Position numbers and translations under genes: made by a program. The notes below the pieces were generated by a model, which saw nothing but the letters and a program-made list of their open reading frames with translations, did no database searches and was not told the DNA's origin. From assembly GCA_964270895.1 (NCBI GenBank), contig OZ185440.1: a DNA stretch of 64,000 nt; one strand, given 5' to 3'. Positions 35,801-47,075 of the stretch are shown here, piece after piece. This DNA is from Podarcis filfolensis. Taxonomy: Eukaryota. Numbering within the stretch: the first letter of the stretch is position 1; each line of letters starts with the position of its first letter.

Positions 35801-36151
35801 GGCATGTGGAAATAAAGGCCACGGACTGGAGTCAGCACTTCTGCCCAATTACTGTCCTCTCCCCACAATGGAATGAGCAGCACAGCTAGAATTGTGCTTG
35901 CCACTCACTTTGCTAACAGCAGTAGTGAGAAGAAGTGGAAAGAGATGGGTATAACTCTGCCATCTTTCTCCAGTGTCTAGTGAAAGGAAGTGCAGATTAA
36001 GCTAGGCAAGGGGTCTCCAACTGGTTGCATCCATCAGCCACCACCAGCACCTGCCACTCTTTAAAATTCAACACCTTAGCTTGCTTTGAAATTCCAACTG
36101 ACAACTATTGGATGTTTTGTTTTAAAGAAGGACACAGTACAAAACAGTTAC

Positions 36152-36280
36152 CTTATCTGCCAGTCCTCCAGGAACAACAGTCCTCACCACTACGCCACTT
36201 GACTTTCCTCCTACAATTCCGAAACCCAATCCTGAGCCATCGTTAACAAGCTCTACTTCCTCAACATGGCCCCAACTGAT
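36152..36280 (-). CDS. PATJ: PATJ coding exon 6 (PDZ2 N-terminal half)
   Basis: 129 nt, [43 protein letters not shown]. Confidence 0.96.
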
Positions 36281-36754
36281 CTGGAAGAGGCAGAAGATGA
36301 AAGTCTGTTTATCATGATACTTTTTGTGTATGGTTATGCTTTTATATTGTAAGCTGTCCTGTGATCTTTGGATGAAGGGTGGTATAGAAATTTAATAAAC
36401 ACTAAAAAATAAGAATACACAGCACACAAAAAGTTTATAGAACACAGGAGATAGCATTTGAACTCAACGGGTTACCAGCTAGTTACTTCCTACAAAGCAA
36501 TTTTATTATTTTTACAACTCCATTTGAGGTTGCAAGGTTGTTCCAAGAGAGTTGCAAGTTGACACATACATCTAGGAATATGTTTTTTTATTGCATATTT
36601 AGTTTGATCTACATTATATCTGTGTGGAAGACAAAGACACTAATCATACGGAGTTAAATGCCCCAGTGCAATTTGTCGAACATTGTAAACACTGTACAAT
36701 GTGTCTTAAGACATTTGTAATTCAAAACTCAATTCTGGCAAAGCTGTAACTTAC

Positions 36755-36950
36755 CATTTCAAGTGAATTAACATCACTTAAGGAGGTTGAAGTCCGACCG
36801 CTTCTCTGGGTTGGCTCCCTGGCCACAATCAAATGTAAGGAACCTGTGGCTTGCTGGAGCAATATAATGGCCTGTTGGTGGGAAATGTTCTGATCCAACA
36901 GGGTGTGATTAATGGCCAGTATTTGGTCATTCTCCTTTAATCTTTGATCC
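36755..36950 (-). CDS. PATJ: PATJ coding exon 5 (PDZ1 C-terminal half)
   Basis: 196 nt, [46 protein letters not shown]...LEM. Confidence 0.96.
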
Positions 36951-37571
36951 CTTGGATAAAGCAAACAAAATGCTTGAAAAGAGCATGGCAGCATCTTCAT
37001 AACAGGTTTTCAAGGACACAAACACCCCCCACAGATATGCAGTGGGATACAGAACTGCCTTCTCTAATAGTATTGCGGTTGGCTGGTGCAGTATAGTGAG
37101 AAAAGCATGAGTTGTCCCTAGTTTGTATCTCACTTGTCCATAAATTCATTAAAGTGACCACTATATCTCAGCGCCCACCTTCTTCATCACAGGAATCATG
37201 ATTGGGCTCCTTGGCTGCTCAAGTCTAAAATGAATGCTCAACATTATTATCAGTATTGGCTTATCTGCTTTCATTATACAGAGCCACCCTTGGCAGGCAG
37301 CTGTCCATAATGCCCCTGTACTCTGGTTCTAGTGCAATGTGGTGTCCAGTTCACATCCACTAATCTGTGGCAGGCTGGTGGGCAAGATGTCCTGCCTTAC
37401 AACAAGGAGATTTGACAAGACAACTCTTGGCTGTCTTGCAACTCTAGGGTCCTGGCAATGCCAATAGTATTTAAGAACAATGGTTTTAAAGAACAGCATG
37501 AAGAATGTCATACCCTTTATTCAATTCGTGTTATTTTTATGAGCTTTGACAATATGAAACAAGAATCTCAC

Positions 37572-37711
37572 CTGGCTGCTATGCTTCCTGGCTGAACTTC
37601 CTTGACAAAGATACCGGGTTCTCCAAGACTTTGGTTTTTAAGAGCAACCACACTAAATCCAAGGCCTCCATTAAATGGCTTCTCTATGGCAATATTTTCT
37701 ATTTGCCTGCC
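37572..37711 (-). CDS. PATJ: PATJ coding exon 4 (PDZ1 N-terminal half)
   Basis: 140 nt, [46 protein letters not shown]. Confidence 0.96.
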
Positions 37712-37904
37712 CTAGTAAATGAAAAATAAAAGCACTTAACTTACAATATTCTATTCATTTATCTTAAAATACATCCCCCCCAAAAAAAACCCTACTAAAC
37801 AAGCAAAGCCTATTAAGAACCAGATTTCATGTATGGCTTCAACTTGATGTCATTACAAAATAAAAACATTACATAGAATAGTGAAATTGACCACTAAACT
37901 AGTC

Positions 37905-38200
37905 CCCACCCTTATCGCTTAGCCCGGACATTGAGGTCCTCCTCCGATGGTCTTCTGCTGGTTCTCTCACTGCAATAAGCAAAGTTGCAGGGAACCAGGA
38001 AGAGGGCCTTCTTGGTAGTGGTGCCCTCCCTGTGGAACGCCCACCCTTCAGATGTCAAAGAGATAAAGAATTACACAACTTTTAGAAGACATCTGAAGGC
38101 AGCCCTGTATTAGGAGGTTTTTAATGCTTTTATTATGTTTTTAGATACACTGTAAGCTGCCCAGAACAGCTGGGGAAACCCAGCCAGATCGGTGGGTATC
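37905..38200 (+). mobile_element. L2-type LINE 3' end
   Basis: gcccggacattgaggtcctcctcc...agggccttcttggtagtggtgccctccctgtggaacgcc...ctgtaagctgcccagaacagctggggaaacccagccagat. Confidence 0.75.
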
Positions 38201-38214
38201 AATATTATTATCAC

Positions 38215-38387
38215 CAGTGCTTTTTTCTGGGGGTACACAGGAGTACGCACACCCCTAAACATTTTGTCAATCTTTGTAATTTTGTCAATTTACTGTATTT
38301 ATTTTTCCCGATCTGAACTATAAAATTGTGATTTTCTTGAGTCAAAATGGGACTACCCCTAAACATTTTTTTAGAAAAAAAGCACTG
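38215..38387. mobile_element. MITE with 15-bp TIRs
   Basis: CAGTGCTTTTTTTCT ... AGAAAAAAAGCACTG; no clear TSD. A related terminus lies near 4405-4445. Confidence 0.65.
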
Positions 38388-38672
38388 ATAATGATGATTA
38401 CTACACACTTCCTGAGTTTTTACAAAAAGATCACTGAATGCATGCGAGAATTGAAGAAAATGCCACAAATTCAAGGTGTGGCAAGAACCTGCTCAAAAAA
38501 TACTTAGAACATAAGCTTTCTATTACTTACCATTATACAATTATAATGCATCCCCCCCAAAAAATACACTTGCATGATTTGCTGTACAAATGTAAAATTT
38601 AAAAACCAGAAACATTTGTAATTCATGGGATGAGCAATATATATTTAGTTTGCCAATGGTGCTGTGCCATAC

Positions 38673-38867
38673 CTTTGCCATCCTCTGGATTGCCAAATTA
38701 AACTCATCAACTCCAGGCTTTGGAACTAGAGGAGTCATCTGATTGCTTTGGTTGCAAGTCATATAAAGGTTTCCATTAGCAAGAGAATTTTGATCAGCGT
38801 CAAACACCAGCAAACCTCTCCTGGTAAAATCAAAATCCACTGAACGATTTGGAGGCATGTAAGCGAG
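38673..38867 (-). CDS. PATJ: PATJ coding exon 3
   Basis: 195 nt, LAYMPPNRSVDFDFTRRGLLVF...DEFNLAIQRMAK. Confidence 0.94.
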
Positions 38868-39423
38868 CTGTGGATAGCAAGGGAAGACACTCGTTTGCAC
38901 AAAGAATTGTTTCTCCTGCCAGTCGATTTGTGAGTCAATGCATTGAGCGCTTCTTGTTAATCTCATGAGTGGCCAAATGTAGGAAAACCTCTAGGAAAAC
39001 TTCACATGTTAGGTTCAAGGCACGATAGCCGGCAGTTTGACCTCTGATGTTAAACCTTTGTATAACATTAGTAACAAATTACGGGTGGGGGGGGGCTTGT
39101 GGTCATCTATTTATTATCTATTTTAGTTACTGAATTTCTATCCCACCCTTCCTGCAAAAGGAGCCCAGGGCAGGACCCAACCCTCTGCTTGAGGCAGAAA
39201 ACCCAGACATAGAACATAATTGTCTGAAGGCAATTAGTGAGTGATTTAGTAAATCCATGATAGATTACAATGATGATAAATTTACCATAGAAGTGACAAA
39301 AGATCAGCATTCACCCCAAGCAGATATATAGTGTAAAACAACATTGTCAGCGATGAATATTTCATTAATTCATCCCTCAAACATAACCACCAGCATTGCT
39401 AAACTTCACAGTCTTTAACTTAC

Positions 39424-39590
39424 TTGTTCTTTCAGTTGCTTGATTGACTGCTGAAGAGTCAGCATATGATTAAACAAGGGATTCTTGAGTGTATTGTACA
39501 GGAAAGCCAGATTATCGATCTGTGAAGTGTCTCCTCTCTCATGTAGCTTCAATAGCAGACGCTCCAAAATCCGCAGCACCTGCTGCTTAT
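39424..39590 (-). CDS. PATJ: PATJ coding exon 2 (L27 domain)
   Basis: 167 nt, [56 protein letters not shown]. Confidence 0.96.
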
Positions 39591-39680
39591 CTGTGGGATT
39601 CCATAAAACATCACGCATTAAACGCCTGCTTTGAAATATTTGATTATTTAACCAAGAGATTCTTTTCCAGAGACGCCTAC

Positions 39681-39702
39681 CTGCAACAGGATTTTCTGGC
39701 AT
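39681..39702 (-). CDS. PATJ: PATJ first coding segment (MPENPVA); whole exon 39736-39681
   Basis: GCCAACATG start, 22 coding nt, donor CAG|GTAGGC, acceptor at 39737. Matches the MPENPA N-terminus of PATJ. Confidence 0.95.
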
Positions 39703-41479
39703 GTTGGCTTATCTGTGCTGCAGTAGTCAAAATAATCTGCATTTTAAAATAAAAGTACAAGTTAAGTTGAGGTCAACATGTTTCTTTGTGGAGCAAAGAT
39801 GTCACACACGCACATAATACCTGTAACCATTCTCAAAAGCTGCTTCTTAAAATCCCACATTCAATCAAAATGTTTGGAGATCATGCGGGGACTACGATTG
39901 TGATAAATACAGTTTCTTCACTAACAGCACAATCTTAACCATATCCATTAATAAGCAAGTCCTATTGAATTCAGTGGAGCTTACTTCCAGACAAGAGGGG
40001 TCAGGACTGCAGCCTAAAGCATTTAAAAGAAAAAAGATTCCCCAGCCACAAAACAATACGTATTATCCAATATGTATTATTATTTAGCATAACACAAACA
40101 ATGCTGAGAAGATGTGGCTATTTAGCTTCCTGCTACCTATAAACATAAAAGGGACCCAGCAAATTCAGAAATTTACACCCCTGCCATATTCTCCCATTAT
40201 ACGAGTTTAAATTCACATTGGATTACTGTTGGCCTCCCTGCTTTGGCACTCTTCCAAGTGGTGCTACAGCAGTGCCAGCCCTATCATTGGCGGCAGAATG
40301 AGGCAGCTGGTTTGGGGTGTCACAAAAAGGCTTCATATGATTATTTAATTTATTACTATTGTATTTTACTACCAGGGAAGGTGAGAGGGGGTTTTGGGAT
40401 TGTTCTGCCTTGAGTGGCAAAATAAACTTAACTGGCTGTGGCTATTATGTGCATGGATTGCGGGAGGGCACACTTTGCTGTTCTGCCTTAGGCGGCAAAT
40501 GTCTTGGCAGAGCCATGCCTGCTGCATCCAATCCTAGCTGCTTATTGCCAAGAGCAGGCAGAGGCAGCAACAGCTTAGGTTCTCTCTCTCTCTCTCTCTG
40601 GACAGACCCACTTGGCCCAGTCTCTTCCACGAAGCTGCCCAAAGGCAGTTCACAAATGACAGGAGATGTGAACCAGTGCTCACCCTGGGAAGCCCTGCTG
40701 GACCTAACCCTCCCTGTGTCACCAGCCACAGAGAAAGGGGCAACTAGAGGAAGGTGCAACACAGAAAGGGTCAACAAGAAAAGAAGGGGGGCGGAGGCTC
40801 CTTACAGCTCCACTTGTTCCCTTTGTCAGGAGCGTGAGACACAACTGCCATCGGCAGGCAACTCTCTGAGCCCAAGAGGGAGAAAGACAACTTTGGTGCT
40901 GCTGCCACTGCCCACTGTAGACAGTGGTGCAGCACAGGGAAGATGGGCCCCTTGTCCTCAGAGAGGCACAAAGCTCAAAGCTCAAATTCCACCAGCAGAG
41001 GTGGCTGCTAGACCTCAGAAACAGGTGGTGTGAGGTCAGTACAGGTGGGTCCACTCTCAACCTGTGGGTGGCCTCACAAGCCCCACCAGAGAGGCTGTGT
41101 AAAGACATGGAGAGGCAGGAACTACTCAAGCAAGGTGCAGCAGCTAGTCAGGGGCCAAGGTGTGGGACCTGTTGCGCCATGACTGAGAGTTACAACCAGG
41201 CTGAAAATAGCTTTTCACCGCTTCTCCTCCACCCTGTCTTAGGTTTTGAACTGTTTATGTTAAAACTTTAAACAGGACAACTCCCAAAGCGGCCACCACC
41301 ATGCAATAATCAAAACCCCTCGCCGCAGCCAAAACAAGGAAGTCCAGTGGGTATGGAAGCTTGCAGTTAAAATTAGAATTTCAATTTTTTTATTGTTATT
41401 AAATCTTTTTAGCCTTGGATAATTAGAAGGAAAAGCACGAACTGGGAACAAACTCCACAGAGATTTAAATCCCAGCTCA

Positions 41480-42110
41480 GGGCTCTGCAAAGCAGCCCAG
41501 CCCGAAGTGCGACAAGTGTTTTCGACGAAACTTAGAAACATCCAGGAAGTAAGTGGAGGGCGTCCTGTAAATGCCCCGCCGGTTGCTATTCCAGCGGCTG
41601 CGCGCTGCTTCTCTTTTCCGCAAATGACAGGGGGCGAGGAGAGGGTCGCCTGTTCCTGGACCCCCTCTTACCTGGTCTCTGCGGGGGGAGGAGAGCTCTG
41701 CCGCGGCTGCCTCTTTCGGATCTTCCACTCGCTCTTACCTGGGCGGAAGCGAGAGCCTGGATTCGAGCCGCGCCTCACCTGCAAGACAGGAAGCTGGCAG
41801 CAAGGGGGAGCCGTGCGGCCTTAGGCAAGGAAACCAACGCCGGGAGAGTCCGGATCTGGAGGGGAAGGAAGGCAGAGAGAGCGGCGAGGTTTCGCCCCGC
41901 TTGATTTCCGCGCGGTGTGAACCAACAAGCCCAAGGGCCGCGGTGAAGGCACTGGGGAAGGCACATAAAGAAGTGGGGAGAGACATAGAAGGAAATAATC
42001 CAGGGGTTGAGGGGGGGGGCGTGAAAGAGAAGCAAGATGAAGGGGAGATAAGCGAGAGGCGCCAGCGCGCCATTAATTCCCGACACGTGTGAATACGCGG
42101 CAGTGGCGAA
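41480..42110 (-). promoter_or_regulatory. PATJ: CpG island containing the putative non-coding PATJ first exon and promoter
   Basis: GC/CpG-rich block about 2 kb upstream of the ATG exon, with strong minus-strand donors after 41779, 41739 and 41672. TSS not determinable from sequence. Confidence 0.65.
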
Positions 42111-42564
42111 AGAAAATCCAGCTGGTTTAGCAGTAGCTGTTGATGAAACCAGCAATATGCTCAACCCCAAACATGAAGAAATCATGAGTCAGTTTATGGG
42201 TTTTTTAAGTTGGAAAAAACAACAACACAAGTCATATTTAGCTTTTACTTATTATTAGAACTCGGGATAAATAGTTCTTAAACTTTTCCTAAACGGACAG
42301 GAAATAATGAAGTTGCAGGCAGCCAAGTGTCTCAGAGATGCATTCTCAACTCCAGGATAGTTCACGTTAGTTATAAGAATCTTCTTAGCTAAGTATTGTT
42401 TTGCTGTTATTAATTACCTGCCATTCACCAGTGCAACCCCGGGTAGAGCACATGGACACAATCTAATCTGGTAGAGCATGGAGTACGGTGGCAAGTCATC
42501 TCGGTCTAAAAGGGTCTGTAGCACCTGTGCCTCCAGTGGCAGTGAATCCAGGAGCAGGGAAGTG

Positions 42565-42660
42565 GGGTTGCAATCCTAAATTTACTTACCTTTGAGAAAG
42601 CCCCATTGAATTCAGTAGGGCTTACTTCTGAATAGACATGGTTAGGGTTGCAGCCTTAGT
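42565..42660. mobile_element. Old palindromic MITE-like repeat
   Basis: gggttgcaatcctaa...cccattgaattcagtagggcttacttctgaatagacatggttagggttgcagcc; relatives near 39925-40015 and 31520-31665. Confidence 0.55.
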
Positions 42661-43003
42661 TACTACACAATACTCTTCTCTATATTTTTCTATAAAGTTA
42701 GCTTAAAACATTTAAATGCATGCTTACCAATCTCTGTTGCCAGTGAACCTCTTCACCCCTTTGGACCTAAAAAATACCTAACAGAAATTTTCAGCAGGTG
42801 AAGCTTTTTCTTATTATGATATACAAATATCCGTTTTGCGTGTGCATGTGAAACTGCTTAATTTCGGTGAAAGACCCCAGAACCCCGTTAGCTTTTTATT
42901 TTATTTTATGCAGCCTTTAGAGGTTGCGACTGTGGATGGAAGCGAGAGGAATCTATCAACGAGATCGGAAGGGATTCTATGCCTCCCTGGGCTTCTTCGG
43001 GAG

Positions 43004-43139
43004 CAGGGTTTCCTAAACTGGGTCTCCAGCTGTTTTTGGACTACAACTCCCATCATCCCTAGCTAGCAGAACCAGCGATCAGGGATGATGGGAGTTGTAG
43101 TCCAAAAAAAAGCTTGAGACCCAAGTTTGGGATTCCCTG
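43004..43139. mobile_element. hAT-type MITE with a perfect 8-bp TSD, inserted into an older SINE tail
   Basis: TIRs CAGGGTTTCCTAAACTGGGTCTC / GAGACCCAAGTTTGGGATTCCCTG; TTCGGGAG at 42996-43003 and 43140-47. Confidence 0.9.
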
Positions 43140-43269
43140 TTCGGGAGGAAGGGTGGGATATAAATTGAATAAATAACACGACACAGGCATTAATTTGTGA
43201 GCTTGGCTTTATCCTTTGTTCATACTCTACTTTCACGTTTATTTTATGATCCTATCAACCTCTGATCAC

Positions 43270-43930
43270 CGCACGCGCTTTCGTTTTGAGATTGGGAGGG
43301 GGCTGAACATTTTAGTCAAGTTTCCGCGCTTCAAAGGGATCCATCTTAAGTAAGGGCAGCCGAGCTTCCTTTCGCAGCTTTGTTAGGAAAGCATCCATCT
43401 TTGGAAAAGGCACCCGGCTTCCCGTTTCGCCGCCTGTCTGTTTACCGGGGAGGAAATTATAAGGAACGGAAGCCATCTTTGCTATGGGAAAATGAAGGCT
43501 TCCCTGGAAGAACAGCGCCGCTTCTTCCGCCCCATTTCTAGGCCCGCTGGCCTTTTGGGAGAGGCGTCAACGCTACTAGATAGGGCGAAAACGTCAGCTG
43601 ACCAGGGGGCTCGTTTTCCAACATGGCCGCCTGGCAGGAGATGCCGCTGTCAGGGAACAAGAGGAAAAAAGGCGGCGTGATCGCGCTCTGGTCCTTGGGA
43701 ACCTTGTGCTTTGCTTGTCTCGCGGCGCAGGGCGCGGCGGGCGGCGACCCTTCTCTGAAGTGCGAAGACCTGAGAGTCGGCCAATATCCTGAAGCTGTGC
43801 GGAGGGCACCCAGCAGCGCCTGGTTGCCATGGTGATGGGCCTTGCAATGGGTTGGGGAGGGCCGTGGGGCTGCCCCTTTTCCCGGCAGAGCTCCTGCGAT
43901 TTAAAACACCCGGTGAGGTCTTCGCACCAC
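43270..43930 (+). promoter_or_regulatory. TM2D1: TM2D1 CpG-island promoter
   Basis: CpG-rich; ETS/YY1-like CGGAAGCCATCTT near 43468-80; CRE half-sites; AACATGGCC at the start codon. Confidence 0.7.
43623..43783 (+). CDS. TM2D1: TM2D1 exon 1 (signal peptide region)
   Basis: MAAWQEMPLSG...LKCEDLRVGQ, 161 nt, followed by the U12 donor ATATCCTG. Confidence 0.95.
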
Positions 43931-44861
43931 TTCAGCTGCATGCTGGGCAGAAGCTACACCTGTTGAATCTTTTGTAGTCTTAAGGAGCACAGTAGCTCTG
44001 CCATACACAAAAAAGTGGCAAGATATGGGGGGGGGGGGAATATGTTTAAACCTCATGAAGTGACCTCATCAAGCAAGGCTCTCTGACATCAGGCAGTGAT
44101 CAGGTGTAGAAAAAATTAAGCAGAAAAAGTCTAGTTCAAGAATGGAGAGTTTGGCTCTTCAGATGTTGCTGCACTCCAACTCCTGTTAGCCTCAGCCAGC
44201 ACAGCCAGTGGTCAGGGATAATGGAAGTTGTAGTCTAGCAACATCTAGAGATCCACAGGTTCCCCACACCTGTTCTAAACAAATGGGCCGCCTATCTGAG
44301 GCTCCTGGGTCATATTTTGTTGTGGATAAAAGTACAACATTTAATTGTTTTAGCAGAGCAAGAAAGCCAGGATATTAAACTATGTTTTAAATAACATATT
44401 TTTAGACCATAGTTTAATAGCATCTTAATTTGTTATGAAACTGCTAACTGCCATTTCTGGATTGGATAAAATGGGAAACTATACTGAATAGGTTTAATTA
44501 TAGTTCATACAAAGGGCTGTCTGGGTACAAGCAAAAATCTTCCTCAGATTTTGGCTTATTTAAACCATTATATGATTGTCTGATCTCTTCCATTTTGTTT
44601 ATCTCACATTATTAGGAAGAGATAGATAAATACCAGGAAACTCTGTGTCTCTTGTAAAGCCTAGTTAAGCACTTCGTTTTTCAAATACAAAGTTTATATG
44701 TTTATATACCCAAAATATTAGTAATAAGAAGGAAAACAGGCCACTTCCGCCTGTAAAATCTTAGGCAGATAAAAACAATTTATCGTAATTTACTGTGTGG
44801 TTATTGTTGAACACTTAACATGGGAGTTCAATTTATACTTGTTTTCCTTAATTATTCAAAC
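43784..44861 (+). other. TM2D1: U12-type (minor spliceosome) AT-AC intron of TM2D1
   Basis: 5'ss ATATCCTG, branch TTCCTTAAT at 44844-52, terminal AC at 44860-61; splicing restores GQYICEDPK. Confidence 0.93.
44135..44272. mobile_element. Degenerate hAT-type MITE inside the U12 intron
   Basis: cagatgttgctgcactccaactcc ... ggaagttgtagtctagcaacatctag inverted motifs. Confidence 0.6.
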
Positions 44862-44935
44862 ATATATTTGTGAAGATCCTAAAATAGACAATGAAACACA
44901 AGAACCTTTGAACTGTACAAATCACACTGCTTATG
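44862..44935 (+). CDS. TM2D1: TM2D1 exon 2
   Basis: 74 nt, YICEDPKIDNETQEPLNCTNHTAY, donor G|GTAAG. Confidence 0.95.
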
Positions 44936-45483
44936 GTAAGGAGTATGGCAATAGAATGCTTTTAGTCTAGCTACTGGTGCATATTATTTGACTAAATGCT
45001 GTTCATGATAAACACTAGTTCCCGCACCCCATATTGATCATGCATAGTGGTGATCAGTAACACTGTGTATGGCACAATTTATAATTGAATGCATAATTGG
45101 TGTATTTATTTACAGTGATATGTGAACATCTTTGGTCCACAACCTTCTATGCACCTTGATAGTCTATGTTAATTTGTACTTCACAGTCTTGTCATATATA
45201 TTTTGTTTAGCACAGCTTAGTGTCATAGGCGCAAATAAATTTGTTCAACTATTTTATCATGCTAGTCATTACTTTATAATGTTAATTCAGAAAACTTTAA
45301 CTTGTATATTTCCACTTTTTCCAGAAAATATTTTATATTAAATCTGTAGTACAGTTGCATTCTTCTATGTGTAGTATTAGCTATCTTGATAAAAACATGC
45401 ATATATTTATTTCACTTGTTCTGTATTTGAGGCCTTTCCCTGGAGTTTAGTGCAGAATGCTTTTTTTTTTTTTTTGCCCGCAG

Positions 45484-45592
45484 TCGCCTGTCTTCCAGCA
45501 CCAAATATTACTTGCAAGAATTTATTTGGGAATGAAACCCAATTTACTGGAAAGGAAATTGGATTTTACAAGCCTATAGAGTGTCGAAACGT
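45484..45592 (+). CDS. TM2D1: TM2D1 exon 3
   Basis: 109 nt, VACLPAPNITCKNLFGNETQFTGKEIGFYKPIECRNV. Confidence 0.96.
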
Positions 45593-45814
45593 GTAAGTGA
45601 ATATTTTTGTTCAATATATAATGCCACCACTTGTTGTAAAGCTTGGCTAAATTAATTATAAAATTGTTCATATACTTCAGCCACTTCCTTAGCCTGAAGT
45701 GTGATTTAGCCCTCTTCCTTCTCAGCTCTATGACAGGAGAGTGTAGAGGAGTAACACATCAGTTTTAAGAAATTGTAGTAAAACTGCTTCCCATCTAAAA
45801 GGTTCAGGCCCAGT

Positions 45815-46640
45815 TTTGGCACAGAAACTGCTTGGGTCGCCTTGTATGATTACCTCTGTCAGGGGAGAGACAGGGAAAATATGTCCCTGTTAATTCTCCT
45901 TTCCTTCTCAGCAACTTTCAATACCATCAACCATGGTATCCTTCTGGAGTGGCTGTCTACGTTGTGGGTGGGTGGCACTGCTTTGTGGTGGTTCCAGTCC
46001 TACTTGGATGGTTGTTCTCAGAGGGTGATGCTTGGGGAGCGTTGTTTGGCTCTGTGGATGCTTCATTTTGCGGTCCTTAGGGTTTGATTTTATCCCCCAT
46101 GCCGTTTTAACGTATACATGAAACTACTGAGTGGGGTCATCCAGAGGTTTGGAGTATGTTGTGAGCAATATGCTAAGAACCCACAGCTCTACTTCTCCAT
46201 TACATTTGCAGGTGTGGCAGTGGATGTCCTGGACTAAGGTCTTGCCTTGTTAATGGACTGGATGAGAGCCAAGAAACGAGCTCAATCCAGAGACCTAGAC
46301 ACTACTAAATGGGTGACTCCTTAGACTGGATGTATGAGAGGTTGCCTGCTCTTGATGGGGTTACTCTCTCTCTGAAGGAGCAGGTAGAACAGCTTCCATT
46401 GCTGTTCCTTGAGGCTCAGGTGACCTCAGTGGCATGGAGTGCCTTCCATCAGCTTTGGCTGCTGGCCCAAATGCACCCTTATCTTGGTAGAGGTAGCCTA
46501 ACTTCTGTTGTCCATGCTCTGATAACATATAGGTTAGATTACTGCAACATTTTATATTGGGGGGGGGGCTGCCTCTGAGGACAGCTCGGAAACTTCAGCT
46601 GGTTCAGAATTCAGCGGCCAGATTGCTCACTGGGGCAAGG
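45815..46640 (+). mobile_element. Degenerate L2-type LINE RT fragment
   Basis: Frameshifted SLLILLSFSATFNTINHGILL, RLDYCNILY and KLQLVQNSAARLLTG motifs. Confidence 0.85.
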
Positions 46641-46690
46641 TGGTTTGATTTAACAAATTGTTTTCATCCACATTTCTCTCCTGTTTCTAG

Positions 46691-46782
46691 AAATGGTTAC
46701 TCCTACAAAGTAGCAGTGGCTCTGTCTTTATTTCTTGGATGGCTGGGAGCAGATAGGTTTTATCTAGGGTATCCTGCATTAG
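46691..46782 (+). CDS. TM2D1: TM2D1 exon 4 (TM2 domain, first TM)
   Basis: 92 nt, NGYSYKVAVALSLFLGWLGADRFYLGYPAL. Confidence 0.97.
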
Positions 46783-46995
46783 GTGAGTGATTTATCTTCT
46801 TAGTATTAGGCTACCTCTATGGCTCACTATGCATCAAGGCAGTATTAAGAGCAGGTGCCATTCATACTGTAAACAAAGATGATTACACTGAAGATTATGA
46901 TTACAGATAGGTAGCCGTGTTGGTCTGCCATAGTCAAAACAAAAAAATTTTTTTCTTTCCAGTAGCACCTTAAAGACCAACTAAGTTAGTTCTTG

Positions 46996-47033
46996 GTATG
47001 AGCTTTCGTGTGCATGCACACTTCGTCAGATAC
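46996..47033 (-). ncRNA. Minimal type I hammerhead ribozyme motif (mirror copy)
   Basis: Exact reverse complement of 47038-47075. Confidence 0.75.
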
Positions 47034-47037
47034 ACGT

Positions 47038-47075
47038 GTATCTGACGAAGTGTGCATGCACACGAAAGCTCATAC
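47038..47075 (+). ncRNA. Minimal type I hammerhead ribozyme motif
   Basis: GTAT (helix I) CTGACGA A GTGTG-CATG-CACAC (helix II) GAAA GC TC^ ATAC (helix I); predicted cleavage after 47071. Confidence 0.75.

Noticed and set aside
40359-41129. 224-aa plus ORF and overlapping 110-136-aa ORFs in PATJ intron 1
   Set aside because: GC-rich sequence containing a CT microsatellite, non-ATG start, no recognisable domain, open on both strands.
43492-43680. 62-aa out-of-frame upstream ORF overlapping the TM2D1 start
   Set aside because: Relevant only if the TSS lies upstream of 43492, which cannot be shown; probably promoter sequence.
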